Shown: positions 9,558 to 17,951 of the stretch, one piece after another
Layout: the number at the start of each line of letters is the position of its first letter
Position numbering within the stretch: the first letter of the stretch is position 1
Source: Bacteroidales bacterium
Lineage (GTDB): Bacteria; Bacteroidota; Bacteroidia; Bacteroidales; WCHB1-69
NCBI GenBank assembly: GCA_045222555.1
Contig: JBGUYY010000068.1
Coordinates: 32,877 to 96,876, forward strand
Length of the DNA: 64,000 nt
Direction of reading: 5' to 3'
The notes under the pieces: generated by a model
Told to the model about the DNA's origin: nothing
The model's input: the letters and a program-made list of their open reading frames with translations, nothing else
The model's database searches: none
Made by a program: the position numbers and the translations under genes

Positions 9558-12226
9558 TTGACCTCGGTGGCCAACGGCACGTCCATCTGGATGGCGTTGT
9601 TCATGATGTTCACCACCAGCTCTTTCATCTCTTCGATTTCCTCTTTGGGTACCTCAAAGACCAATTCGTCGTGGATTTGCAGCAACATTTTGCTTTTCAG
9701 CTTCCGGCGGTTCATTTCTCTATCCACTTGTATCATAGCGATTTTAATGAGGTCGGCAGCGGTGCCCTGTATCGGCGCATTGATGGCGTTGCGCTCGGCG
9801 GCTTTGCGCAGCATGCCGTTGGCCGCGTTGATGTCGCGGATGTAGCGGCGGCGGTGCAAAAGCGTTTCCACATAGCCGTGCTGGTGCGCGAATTCGATGG
9901 TCTCGTTCAGGTATGAGATGATTTTGGGGAATTGGCGGTAGTAGCCTTCTATCAGGTCGCGGGCCTCCTTCTGGGAAATGTAGAGGCGGTCGGCCAAACC
10001 GAAGGCTGAAATGCCGTAGATGATGCCGAAGTTGACGGTCTTGGCGCTGCGGCGCATGTCGGATGTCACATGGTCAAGGTCCACCCCGTAAACCCGCGCC
10101 GCCGTCATGGCGTGGATGTCGAGTCCGTGTTTGAAAGCGTCGATCATGGCCGTGTCGCCGCTCACTGCCGCCATGATACGCAGTTCCACCTGCGAGTAGT
10201 CGGCCGCCATGATGACCGCCCCTTCCGTAGTGGGAGTGAAGGCCTTGCGCAGCTCTTTTCCCCGTGCCGTCCGGATGGGGATGTTCTGCAAATTCGGGTT
10301 GGTGGAGCTGAGTCGCCCCGTGGCGGTCACCGTCTGGTTGAAGGTGGTATGGATGCGACCCGTGGCCGGATTCACCAACTGAGGGAGCGCATCTATATAG
10401 GTGGATTTCAACTTGGTGAGACCGCGCCACTCCAAAATCAACGGCACAATGGGATGCTTGGCGGCTAATTTCACCAGTATCTCCTCACCGGTCTGGTACT
10501 GCTTGGTCTTGGTGAGTTTGGCATTTTCGATGATATGCAGCTTCTCGAACAACACCTCGCCCAACTGCTTCGGCGATCCAATGTTGAAGGTGCCGCCCGC
10601 CAACATGTAAATCTGCTCCTCTAATGCAGCAATCTCTTCGCCGATCTGCCGCGAGCTTTCCGCAAGCGTCGCCTTGTCCAAATGGATGCCGTTGTTCTCC
10701 ATCTTCGCCAAAACGGGCGCCAAGGGCATCTCAATCTCGTCAAATAACTTCCTCAATCCGTTGGCTTCAAGCTCATGGAGGAGGAGGGGATAAAGCTGAC
10801 GATAGATCTCTACCTGCTCATCTGTTCTTTCAAGTAATTCTTTAACAGTTGGCTGTAATTTTTTGATTTCTGGAAACATCGTATAGTTTAGATAATTCTC
10901 CGAGAGGTTGGAAAGCTGATGGGAGTTTTCAGGCTGGATGAGGTAGTGGGCAATCTGCAGGTCGAAGAAACGAGCCTTGACAGGAATACCTAACAGCTCT
11001 AAAAATTTGTAACTTTGTTTGCAGTTATAGGTGATGATGAGCCGTTCTTTCCCGAAAATATTCTGAAGAATGTTTTTGAAGTAATGATGCTCTTTTTCAA
11101 GAAGATGATAAAAGATATGTTGCTCATCGGCAAAGAAGAACCCCGCGATTTTTCCTTCATTCAGCAGCCACTCAAAGTAGAGGTCGCCCGTGCCATCGTA
11201 CTGGTTGGTGGACTCGAAATGGTGCTCCTGTTGGTCGAAACTGTTGAAGAGGGGAAGTTCCATCGCGGCGGGTGCCGATGGGGTAGGGGCTTCGTTCTCC
11301 AAAGCTGAAAACATGTCGGGCTGCTGCGGAGTTGTCGGCGTGTTGCGCAAATTCAGGTCGTTGAAGATGCGGGTGGAGAGTGTCTTGAACTGAAGTTCAT
11401 TGAAGACGGACTGCAAATCGCTGACATGGATGTTGCCGAATTTCATGTCATCCCAATGATATTCGATAGGAACGTCTAAAATAATGGTAGCCAGTGCTTT
11501 CGACTGAAGTGCCTTCTCTTCGTTGTCGATGAGGGTCTGCCGAAGTTTGGCATTATCTACCTCGTTAATGTGGGCGTAGATGTTCTCGATGCTGCCGAAT
11601 TGGGCAATCAGTTTTTTGGCTTTCACCTCGCCGATGCCGGGCACGCCAGGGATGTTGTCGGCCGAGTCGCCCCACAGTCCGAGGATGTCAATGAGCTGTT
11701 CGGGCTGCTGGATACCATATTTCTCGCAGATGCCCTCCACGCCCACCACTTCGGCGGGTTGTCCAAACTTGGCGGGTTTGTACATGAAGATATGTTCCGA
11801 AACGAGCTGTCCGTAGTCCTTGTCGGAGGTCATCATATAGACCTCAAATCCGTCTATTTCAGCCTGTTTGGCTACGGTTCCCACGATATCGTCGGCTTCG
11901 TAGCCGTCTTTCGAGAGGATCGGGATGCCGAAGGCGGTGATGATACGCTGGATGTAGGGGATGGCGGTCACGATATCGTCTGGAGTGGCCTCGCGGTTGG
12001 CCTTGTAGTCTTCGAAGTCGGCATGGCGCAGGGTAGGGGCGCCGGTGTCGAAGGCAACGGCGATGTGCGTGGGCTTCTCGTTTCGTATCACCTCGTACAG
12101 CGTGTTGGTAAAGCCCAACATGGCGGAGGTGTTCAAGCCGGTCGTGGTAAAACGCGGACTTTTAATCATCGCATAATAGGCTCTGTAAATCAAAGCCATA
12201 GCATCAAGGAGGAAGAGTTTTTTCAT
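9527..12226 (-). CDS. polA: DNA polymerase I
   Basis: 899 aa. N-terminal 5'-3' exonuclease region, then polymerase motif A DYSQVELRIMA, motif B RRSAKTVNFGIIYG and motif C LQIHDELVFE. Confidence 0.95.
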   Translation of the reverse strand: MKKLFLLDAMALIYRAYYAMIKSPRFTTTGLNTSAMLGFTNTLYEVIRNEKPTHIAVAFDTGAPTLRHADFEDYKANREATPDDIVTAIPYIQRIITAFGIPILSKDGYEADDIVGTVAKQAEIDGFEVYMMTSDKDYGQLVSEHIFMYKPAKFGQPAEVVGVEGICEKYGIQQPEQLIDILGLWGDSADNIPGVPGIGEVKAKKLIAQFGSIENIYAHINEVDNAKLRQTLIDNEEKALQSKALATIILDVPIEYHWDDMKFGNIHVSDLQSVFNELQFKTLSTRIFNDLNLRNTPTTPQQPDMFSALENEAPTPSAPAAMELPLFNSFDQQEHHFESTNQYDGTGDLYFEWLLNEGKIAGFFFADEQHIFYHLLEKEHHYFKNILQNIFGKERLIITYNCKQSYKFLELLGIPVKARFFDLQIAHYLIQPENSHQLSNLSENYLNYTMFPEIKKLQPTVKELLERTDEQVEIYRQLYPLLLHELEANGLRKLFDEIEMPLAPVLAKMENNGIHLDKATLAESSRQIGEEIAALEEQIYMLAGGTFNIGSPKQLGEVLFEKLHIIENAKLTKTKQYQTGEEILVKLAAKHPIVPLILEWRGLTKLKSTYIDALPQLVNPATGRIHTTFNQTVTATGRLSSTNPNLQNIPIRTARGKELRKAFTPTTEGAVIMAADYSQVELRIMAAVSGDTAMIDAFKHGLDIHAMTAARVYGVDLDHVTSDMRRSAKTVNFGIIYGISAFGLADRLYISQKEARDLIEGYYRQFPKIISYLNETIEFAHQHGYVETLLHRRRYIRDINAANGMLRKAAERNAINAPIQGTAADLIKIAMIQVDREMNRRKLKSKMLLQIHDELVFEVPKEEIEEMKELVVNIMNNAIQMDVPLATEVNYGSSWFDAH

Positions 12227-12259
12227 ACTTGTAATTTTTGAAGGAGAAGATAAAAGGAG

Positions 12260-13648
12260 TTAAAGTTCAGCCTGTTTTTTGACTTCGTTTTTGAAGGTGG
12301 CACCCCGCACGGTGAAGTCTTTAAACTGATCATACGAAGCGGCGGCCGGAGATAGCAAACAGCTGCTACCCAGCGCGGTATGGGCGTATGCGAAAGTAAC
12401 GATTTTAGCATAATCGCTCTCCACTATGTAATTTTCTGGCAGAGTGTAGCCCTTTTCGGTCCACTCTTTCAGAAGGCGTTGTCCCACCTCACCGACAAAG
12501 GCGATGTTGCGCACGGGGTTGTTGTGGAGGTGTTCGATGAGGATGGAGTAGTCGATGCCGCGGTCGAAGCCGCCAAGAATCAGAGTATCAACACGTTTAA
12601 TGGTATTGAGGGCGGCGATGGTGGCCTCGGGGATGGTGGAGATGCTGTCGTTGTAGAAGGTGATCTCTTTGAAAGTTCCCACCAGCTCCATGCGGTGCTC
12701 TAATCCTTTGAAAGTGGCAATGTTACGAATAATGTCGGTATCAGTGATGCCTTTGGCTTTGCAGGCCAGCACGGCCGCCATGATATTGTTGTTGTTGTGC
12801 CGTCCAGGGATGTTGGCTCTGCCTTCAATCGGAATCGTGCAGATCTGTTCGTTGTTTTTCATCAGCACGATGTCGGTTTTGGTGCAGAATGCGCCATTTT
12901 TTAGCGTAGTCTGACTGCTGAACGGGATAAAACGCCGTTGCAGCTGGTGGCTCTCGAGCAGGCCGGGAATATAGCGGTCATCGTAGTTGTAGATGAGGAT
13001 GTCGCTCTCCTGCTGGTGTTCGGTGATGTTGAGTTTGGCTAACTGGTAGTTGTTGAAGGTGTTGAAATGGTCGAGGTGCTCCTGGTAGAGGTTGAGAAGG
13101 ATGGCGATATGCGGGGAGTAGTCGGTATATTCCAGCTGGTGAGCCGACAGTTCGGCCACGATGGTGGTGTCGTCGTTAATTTCCTCAAGGATGTCGAAAA
13201 ACGGTGTGCCGATATTGCCGGCCAGCAGGGTGTTGCCGACCGAGTTGGAGAGGATGTGGTAGATGAGCGAGGAGGTGGTGCTTTTCCCTTTGGTGCCGGT
13301 GACCCCGATAACATTTTCGCCGTAGGCCATCAGAAAAAGTTCTGTTTGCGACATGAATTTCTCTCTGGGAATGAAGTAGTTGAGGTTGTTGAAGTTGACA
13401 CCGGGCGATTTGAGGATGACATCATATTGGTTGAGGTTCCGGTCGTACTCTTCGCCCGTCACAATTTTCAGGTGTTTGTCTTTCAGAAAATCATCGGCGT
13501 GCAGCAGCGGATTCTTGTCTGCTACCGTGATGGGCAGGTTGGGATAGTGTTGGCGGATAAGCTTGTAGGACGAAACGCCTTCGCGCCCGAAGCCTACGAT
13601 GACGATTTTTTTGCCTTTAAAAAACTCAATGATTTGGTCTTTTTTCAT
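12260..13648 (-). CDS. MurD-family Mur ligase (annotated type: UDP-N-acetylmuramoyl-L-alanine--D-glutamate ligase), found outside any cell-division cluster
   Basis: Rossmann-like N-terminus KKIVIVGFGREGVS, P-loop GVTGTKGKSTT, and the MurD-like blocks GLEHRMEL and FYNDSISTIPEA. Start set at MKKDQ (13648), which has a -7 box at 13668..13675. Confidence 0.75.
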   Translation of the reverse strand: MKKDQIIEFFKGKKIVIVGFGREGVSSYKLIRQHYPNLPITVADKNPLLHADDFLKDKHLKIVTGEEYDRNLNQYDVILKSPGVNFNNLNYFIPREKFMSQTELFLMAYGENVIGVTGTKGKSTTSSLIYHILSNSVGNTLLAGNIGTPFFDILEEINDDTTIVAELSAHQLEYTDYSPHIAILLNLYQEHLDHFNTFNNYQLAKLNITEHQQESDILIYNYDDRYIPGLLESHQLQRRFIPFSSQTTLKNGAFCTKTDIVLMKNNEQICTIPIEGRANIPGRHNNNNIMAAVLACKAKGITDTDIIRNIATFKGLEHRMELVGTFKEITFYNDSISTIPEATIAALNTIKRVDTLILGGFDRGIDYSILIEHLHNNPVRNIAFVGEVGQRLLKEWTEKGYTLPENYIVESDYAKIVTFAYAHTALGSSCLLSPAAASYDQFKDFTVRGATFKNEVKKQAEL

Positions 13649-13667
13649 ACCTGATGATTTTGAGGTG

Positions 13668-13675
13668 CAAAGATA
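13668..13675 (-). promoter_or_regulatory. -7 box TATCTTTG
   Basis: Lies 19 nt upstream of the MurD-like ATG at 13648 and supports that start. Confidence 0.5.
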
Positions 13676-13708
13676 CAACTTTTCCTGTGAATTATTAAAA
13701 AATAAGCG

Positions 13709-13716
13709 TATTTTTG
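13709..13716 (+). promoter_or_regulatory. -7 box TATTTTTG
   Basis: Lies 20 nt upstream of the GH92 ATG at 13737 and supports that start. Confidence 0.55.
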
Positions 13717-13736
13717 CAGCATCAATTCAAAAGCAA

Positions 13737-16676
13737 ATGAAATATCCCCGTATCACCCTCTGCCTTTTCGCTATTCTCCTGCTGTGTGCGCCCGCACGGA
13801 TGATAGCCCAGAACTTCACCCAATACGTCAACCCGTTCGTCGGCACCGGCGCTCATGGGCACACCTTCCCCGGCGCGCTCGTTCCCTTCGGGGCGGTTCA
13901 GCTCAGCCCCGACACCCGCCTCACCGGTTGGGACGGCTGCTCGGGTTACCACTACGACGATAACGTGGTGTACGGCTTCTCGCATACCCACCTCAGCGGC
14001 ACCGGCTGCTCCGACTATGGCGACATCCTTGTGATGCCCTTCTCCGGCATGGGCTCGCCCGTCAACACCCGCTACTGCTCCACCTTCTCGCACCGGAACG
14101 AGACCGCCCAGCCGGGCTATTACGCCGTGCAGCTCGACGGCCCTAACGTGTTCGCCGAGATGACCACCACCGTCCATGTGGGCTGCCACCGCTATACTTT
14201 CGCCAACGACGGACAGCCGCATGGCATCGTTATTGACCTCGGCCACCGTGACATTGTAGTGGATAGTTATTTAGAAGTTATTGATAGTAAAGAAATTACT
14301 GGATATCGTGTGTCGAACGCTTGGAGTGAGAACCAGCATGTTTATTTCTGCATGAAGCTCTCGCAGCCCGCCACTAAGGTGCTGTTTTACCGAGATTCCA
14401 CACTCCTCAACAACAACGACCATGTGCAAGGCGGCAACCTCAAAGCGCTGGTCTATTTTGCCAATGATGTCAACCAAGTGTGCCTCAACGTGGGCATTTC
14501 GGCGGTGGACATCGATGGGGCTCGTGCTAACCTTGCCGAAGCCCCCACTTTCAACTTTGACCTCTACCGCCAACGTGCCAACGATACGTGGAACAAAGAG
14601 TTAGGAAAGATTGAGGTAAAAGGGGAGGAGAATGATATGCGAATTTTCTATACGGCGCTATATCACTGTTTTACATCACCTTACGAATTTTCTGACCTCG
14701 ACGGTCGCTACCGCGGACAGGACGGGAAAGTGCATCGTGGAGACGGACATAAGGTCTATACTGTCTTCTCGCTGTGGGACACCTACCGCGCCCTGCATCC
14801 GCTGCTAAACCTCATCGACCGCGAGCGCACCAACGACTTCCTCAACACCTTCCTGTTGGCTTACCGGCAGGGCGGCCAGCTGCCTATGTGGGAACTGTCC
14901 GCTTACGAAACTTGGTGCATGATCGGCTACCACGCCATCCCTGTTATCCTGGATGCAAGTCGCAAAGGAATAGGAGATTACGACAAGCATGAGATGCTGA
15001 AAGCAATGGTGGAATCGGCAAAACTGCCGAAATTGGGCCGTCCCGAATTTGACAAATACGATTACATCCCCGCCGACAAGGAGCACGAGTCGGTGTCGAA
15101 AACATTGGAATATTGTTTCGATGACTGGTGTATCTATCAGTATGCCGATGATTTAGGCAGTCGGGACACGGCACTCAAATTTTTCTATCGATGTATGAAT
15201 TATAAGAATATTGTGGATGAGAACGGCTTCATGCATCCGCGAAGCAATGGGGCGTTCATCCAGCCCTTTGACCCGGCGGAAGTGAACAATCATTTCACAG
15301 AGGCCAACTCTTGGCAGTATTCCACTTACGTGCCGCACGATTTCGACCACTATGTGTGGCGGGCAGGTGGAAAAAAACATGTGGCCGAGATGTTGGATTC
15401 GCTGTTCTTTGGCACAGCACAAATGACAGGCCGCGAGCAGGCTGACCTTACCGGTATCATCGGGCAGTACGCGCACGGCAACGAGCCGGGGCATCACGCG
15501 CCTTACATGTACAATTACGTGGGGCAGCCGTGGAAGACCCAGCAGGTGGTGCGCCGCATCCTTACCGAACTCTATCAGGACGCTCCCGACGGGCTGTGCG
15601 GCAACGAGGACTGCGGACAGATGTCGGCCTGGTACGTGATGAGCGCCATGGGGTTCTATACCATCGCCCCCGGCAGCAACCAGTATGAGCTTGGTTCTCC
15701 GATTTTTGATGAGGTGAAGATTCATCTCGAAAATGGCAAGACCTTTACCATTATTTGCAAAAATCAGAATAAGAAAAACGCTTATATTCAGTCTGCTATA
15801 ATAAATGCAAAGGAGCTTCATCATCCTGGAATCACCTATGATGACATTGCTGATGGCAGCACTTTGGATTTGTTCATGGGATCGTACCCCAATAAGGCAT
15901 TCTTTTGGGAGCAATGGAGAAAGAGCGCTTTCCAAGATCGCTATGATGTAGGACGTGATGATGTGCCTGTTTTTGAAAGTTGCGAAAGTGTGTTCCGAGA
16001 CAAGATGACTGTTGCCATACGGCCAGCTGACAAATATGTAAATCGCCCTAAACCTGTCATTTACTATGTGACATCGGACGATAACTTCAAAAAGTGGCAT
16101 CGATATACTACTCCATTTACTATCACTAAAACGACCACGATCAAGGCATGGACCGACAGTAAGGATTGGTTCCCCGGCGCAATGGCCGAGGCTACTTATA
16201 TCAAGTTTGTGAAAGACAAGTCGGTACGCTATATCAGCCCGTACAATCCACAATATACGGCGGGTGGCGATGATGGACTGGTGGACGGGCTGCGGGGCAA
16301 TGTCAAATGGCGGCTCGGCGGCTGGCAGGGCTTCCAAGCTCAGGATTTTGAGGCTGTGGTGGACCTCTGGTCGGTGAAGGAGGTGCATGAGGTGTCGGTC
16401 GGCTTTTTGGAGGACATCCGCGCCTGGATCTGGTTCCCGACAGAGATGATCGTGGAGGTGTCGGAAGACGGCGAGCATTTTGTTCCCTTCGGCACATACA
16501 AGAACAATGGTCCCACGGATGACTATACGGAGAAAGTGGAAGACTTTACAGTAAAAGGGTCTGCCAAAGCACGTTACATCCGTATCAAAGCCAAGAATTT
16601 TGGTAAAATTCCCGAGTGGCACCTCGGTGCCGGCGGCGATGCCCACATCTTTATTGATGAGATTGAGGTGAGATAA
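13737..16676 (+). CDS. GH92 family alpha-mannosidase with a C-terminal discoidin (F5/8 type C)-like domain
   Basis: Start set at MKYPRITLCLFAILLLCAPARMIAQ (signal peptide), 20 nt after the -7 box at 13709..13716. GH92-type blocks are present (VNPFVGTG.HGHTFPGA, FSHTHLSGTG, QYAHGNEPGHHAPYMYNY). The last ~150 aa look like a carbohydrate-binding discoidin fold. Confidence 0.88.
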   Translation: MKYPRITLCLFAILLLCAPARMIAQNFTQYVNPFVGTGAHGHTFPGALVPFGAVQLSPDTRLTGWDGCSGYHYDDNVVYGFSHTHLSGTGCSDYGDILVMPFSGMGSPVNTRYCSTFSHRNETAQPGYYAVQLDGPNVFAEMTTTVHVGCHRYTFANDGQPHGIVIDLGHRDIVVDSYLEVIDSKEITGYRVSNAWSENQHVYFCMKLSQPATKVLFYRDSTLLNNNDHVQGGNLKALVYFANDVNQVCLNVGISAVDIDGARANLAEAPTFNFDLYRQRANDTWNKELGKIEVKGEENDMRIFYTALYHCFTSPYEFSDLDGRYRGQDGKVHRGDGHKVYTVFSLWDTYRALHPLLNLIDRERTNDFLNTFLLAYRQGGQLPMWELSAYETWCMIGYHAIPVILDASRKGIGDYDKHEMLKAMVESAKLPKLGRPEFDKYDYIPADKEHESVSKTLEYCFDDWCIYQYADDLGSRDTALKFFYRCMNYKNIVDENGFMHPRSNGAFIQPFDPAEVNNHFTEANSWQYSTYVPHDFDHYVWRAGGKKHVAEMLDSLFFGTAQMTGREQADLTGIIGQYAHGNEPGHHAPYMYNYVGQPWKTQQVVRRILTELYQDAPDGLCGNEDCGQMSAWYVMSAMGFYTIAPGSNQYELGSPIFDEVKIHLENGKTFTIICKNQNKKNAYIQSAIINAKELHHPGITYDDIADGSTLDLFMGSYPNKAFFWEQWRKSAFQDRYDVGRDDVPVFESCESVFRDKMTVAIRPADKYVNRPKPVIYYVTSDDNFKKWHRYTTPFTITKTTTIKAWTDSKDWFPGAMAEATYIKFVKDKSVRYISPYNPQYTAGGDDGLVDGLRGNVKWRLGGWQGFQAQDFEAVVDLWSVKEVHEVSVGFLEDIRAWIWFPTEMIVEVSEDGEHFVPFGTYKNNGPTDDYTEKVEDFTVKGSAKARYIRIKAKNFGKIPEWHLGAGGDAHIFIDEIEVR

Positions 16677-16684
16677 AAGTTTGC

Positions 16685-16737
16685 GATTTCTAATTTTCAG
16701 TTTTCAAATCTCAATTTTCAATTTATTTGTATTTTTG
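16685..16737 (+). repeat. Copy A of a ~52-nt AT-rich promoter-bearing repeat (AATTTTCA-G-TTTTCAA-NNCTC-AATTTTCA-ATTTATTTG-TATTTTTG)
   Basis: By hand alignment, about 50 of 52 positions are identical to the reverse complement of 57233..57284. It ends in a -7 box upstream of the RND operon. Confidence 0.8.
16730..16737 (+). promoter_or_regulatory. -7 box TATTTTTG inside repeat copy A
   Basis: Lies 86 nt upstream of the RND adaptor ATG at 16824. Confidence 0.5.
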
Positions 16738-16823
16738 TAGTTTGTTTTTTCAATATCTATTTTTATAGATATAAGCATCTTATATACAAAAAAATATTTC
16801 GTAACATACAAATAATCAGAAAG

Positions 16824-17948
16824 ATGAAAATGAAACCAATGAAATGGGTATGCTTGCTGGGGCTTATGGTCGGGCTGGCATCCTGCGGAGTGGATATGCC
16901 AAAAGAGACGAAAACATCGTTTGAGACGATGACGGTGGAGAAACAAAACATCACGGTGCCGGTGAAGTTCAGTGCCAAACTGAAAGGCCAGTCGGATGTA
17001 ACGATTTCTCCCCAAGTGAGCGGCCAGCTGATGCAAATCTGCGTGAGCGAAGGTCAGCAAGTGAAGAAAGGCATGACGCTATTCGTTATTGATTCTCGTA
17101 ACGCGCAGCTGGAACTGGAGGCAGCACAAGCCAACCTGACGGCCGCTGAGGCATCGGCCAACAGTGCGAAGTTGGAGTACGAATCCAACAAGAACCTGTT
17201 TGCGAAGAATATCGTAAGTCGCTACATGCTTGACAATTCCGAAAACTCCTACAAGCAGGCACAAGCTGCTGTGGGACAGGCCCGCGCCGCTGTGAGCCGT
17301 GCTCAGGTGAACTTGGGCTTCTGCACCATCACCTCGCCTGTGGATGGCATTATCGGTGAGATCCCCGTCACTGAAGGCATCCAAGTGTCTCCTGGCACCC
17401 ATCTGACCATTGTCAGCGGCAACACGATGATGGAGGCTGTGTTCTCCGTTCCTGAATCGGTGCTGGAAGAGGCTGTGGCTCAGGGATATGAAGGAAAATT
17501 GGAGGACGCACTGAAGCTGTTCCCTGACGTGTCGTTTGTGATGAAGAACGGCACCGAATATCCGCACAAGGGACGTATCTCCAGCGCTACCGGCGTGGTG
17601 AATGCCGCCACAGGTACCATCGCCTGCAAGGCCACCTTCCCCAATCCCGACGGACTGCTGTATAGCGGCATCCAGGGCACTATCGTCCTGCCTGCGGAAA
17701 ATAAGGATGTGATGGTGATCCCTCAGAAAGCCGTGGTGCGCCTGCAAGACAAATCCATCGTCTATAAGGTAAAACCCGACAATACCGCCACTGCCGTCAC
17801 CGTGACGACACAGGATGCCGGCGACGGTCAGAACTTTATCGTGACCAGCGGTCTGAATGTCGGCGACAAGATTGTGACTGTGGGTGCCAATAACGTACAG
17901 GAAGGACAGCAAGTGCTGTTCCCAGAAGGACAGAAAAGCGAGAAATAA
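16824..17948 (+). CDS. RND efflux periplasmic adaptor (membrane fusion protein), lipoprotein
   Basis: Lipobox GLMVGLASC, a coiled-coil hairpin region, and the AcrA/MexA-like block CTITSPVDGIIGE. Confidence 0.9.
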   Translation: MKMKPMKWVCLLGLMVGLASCGVDMPKETKTSFETMTVEKQNITVPVKFSAKLKGQSDVTISPQVSGQLMQICVSEGQQVKKGMTLFVIDSRNAQLELEAAQANLTAAEASANSAKLEYESNKNLFAKNIVSRYMLDNSENSYKQAQAAVGQARAAVSRAQVNLGFCTITSPVDGIIGEIPVTEGIQVSPGTHLTIVSGNTMMEAVFSVPESVLEEAVAQGYEGKLEDALKLFPDVSFVMKNGTEYPHKGRISSATGVVNAATGTIACKATFPNPDGLLYSGIQGTIVLPAENKDVMVIPQKAVVRLQDKSIVYKVKPDNTATAVTVTTQDAGDGQNFIVTSGLNVGDKIVTVGANNVQEGQQVLFPEGQKSEK

Positions 17949-17951
17949 GCT

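Noticed and set aside
12295-12310. Extra CACCCCGCA match to the LytTR-locus motif inside the MurD-like coding region
   Set aside because: It is a single 9-mer within coding sequence, with no flanking TTTT and no phased partner. This is consistent with a chance occurrence.
13599-13736. N-terminal extensions offered by the ORF track (here for GH92; also 28801..28962, 37573..37626, 53922..54047, 55421..55501, 57214..57363 and 23652..23699)
   Set aside because: In each case an internal ATG is followed by a canonical signal peptide or family N-terminus and is preceded by a TAnnTTTG box. The extension would overlap the neighbouring gene or the promoter itself.
16685-16760. Possible CRISPR-like or tandem array because of the repeated GAAAAT/TTTTCA units (also at 57240..57290 and 58525..58565)
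   Set aside because: The units are 7-8 nt long with no unique spacers and the total length is under 60 nt. It is an AT-rich promoter cassette, not a CRISPR array. I saw no CRISPR repeats anywhere in the window.
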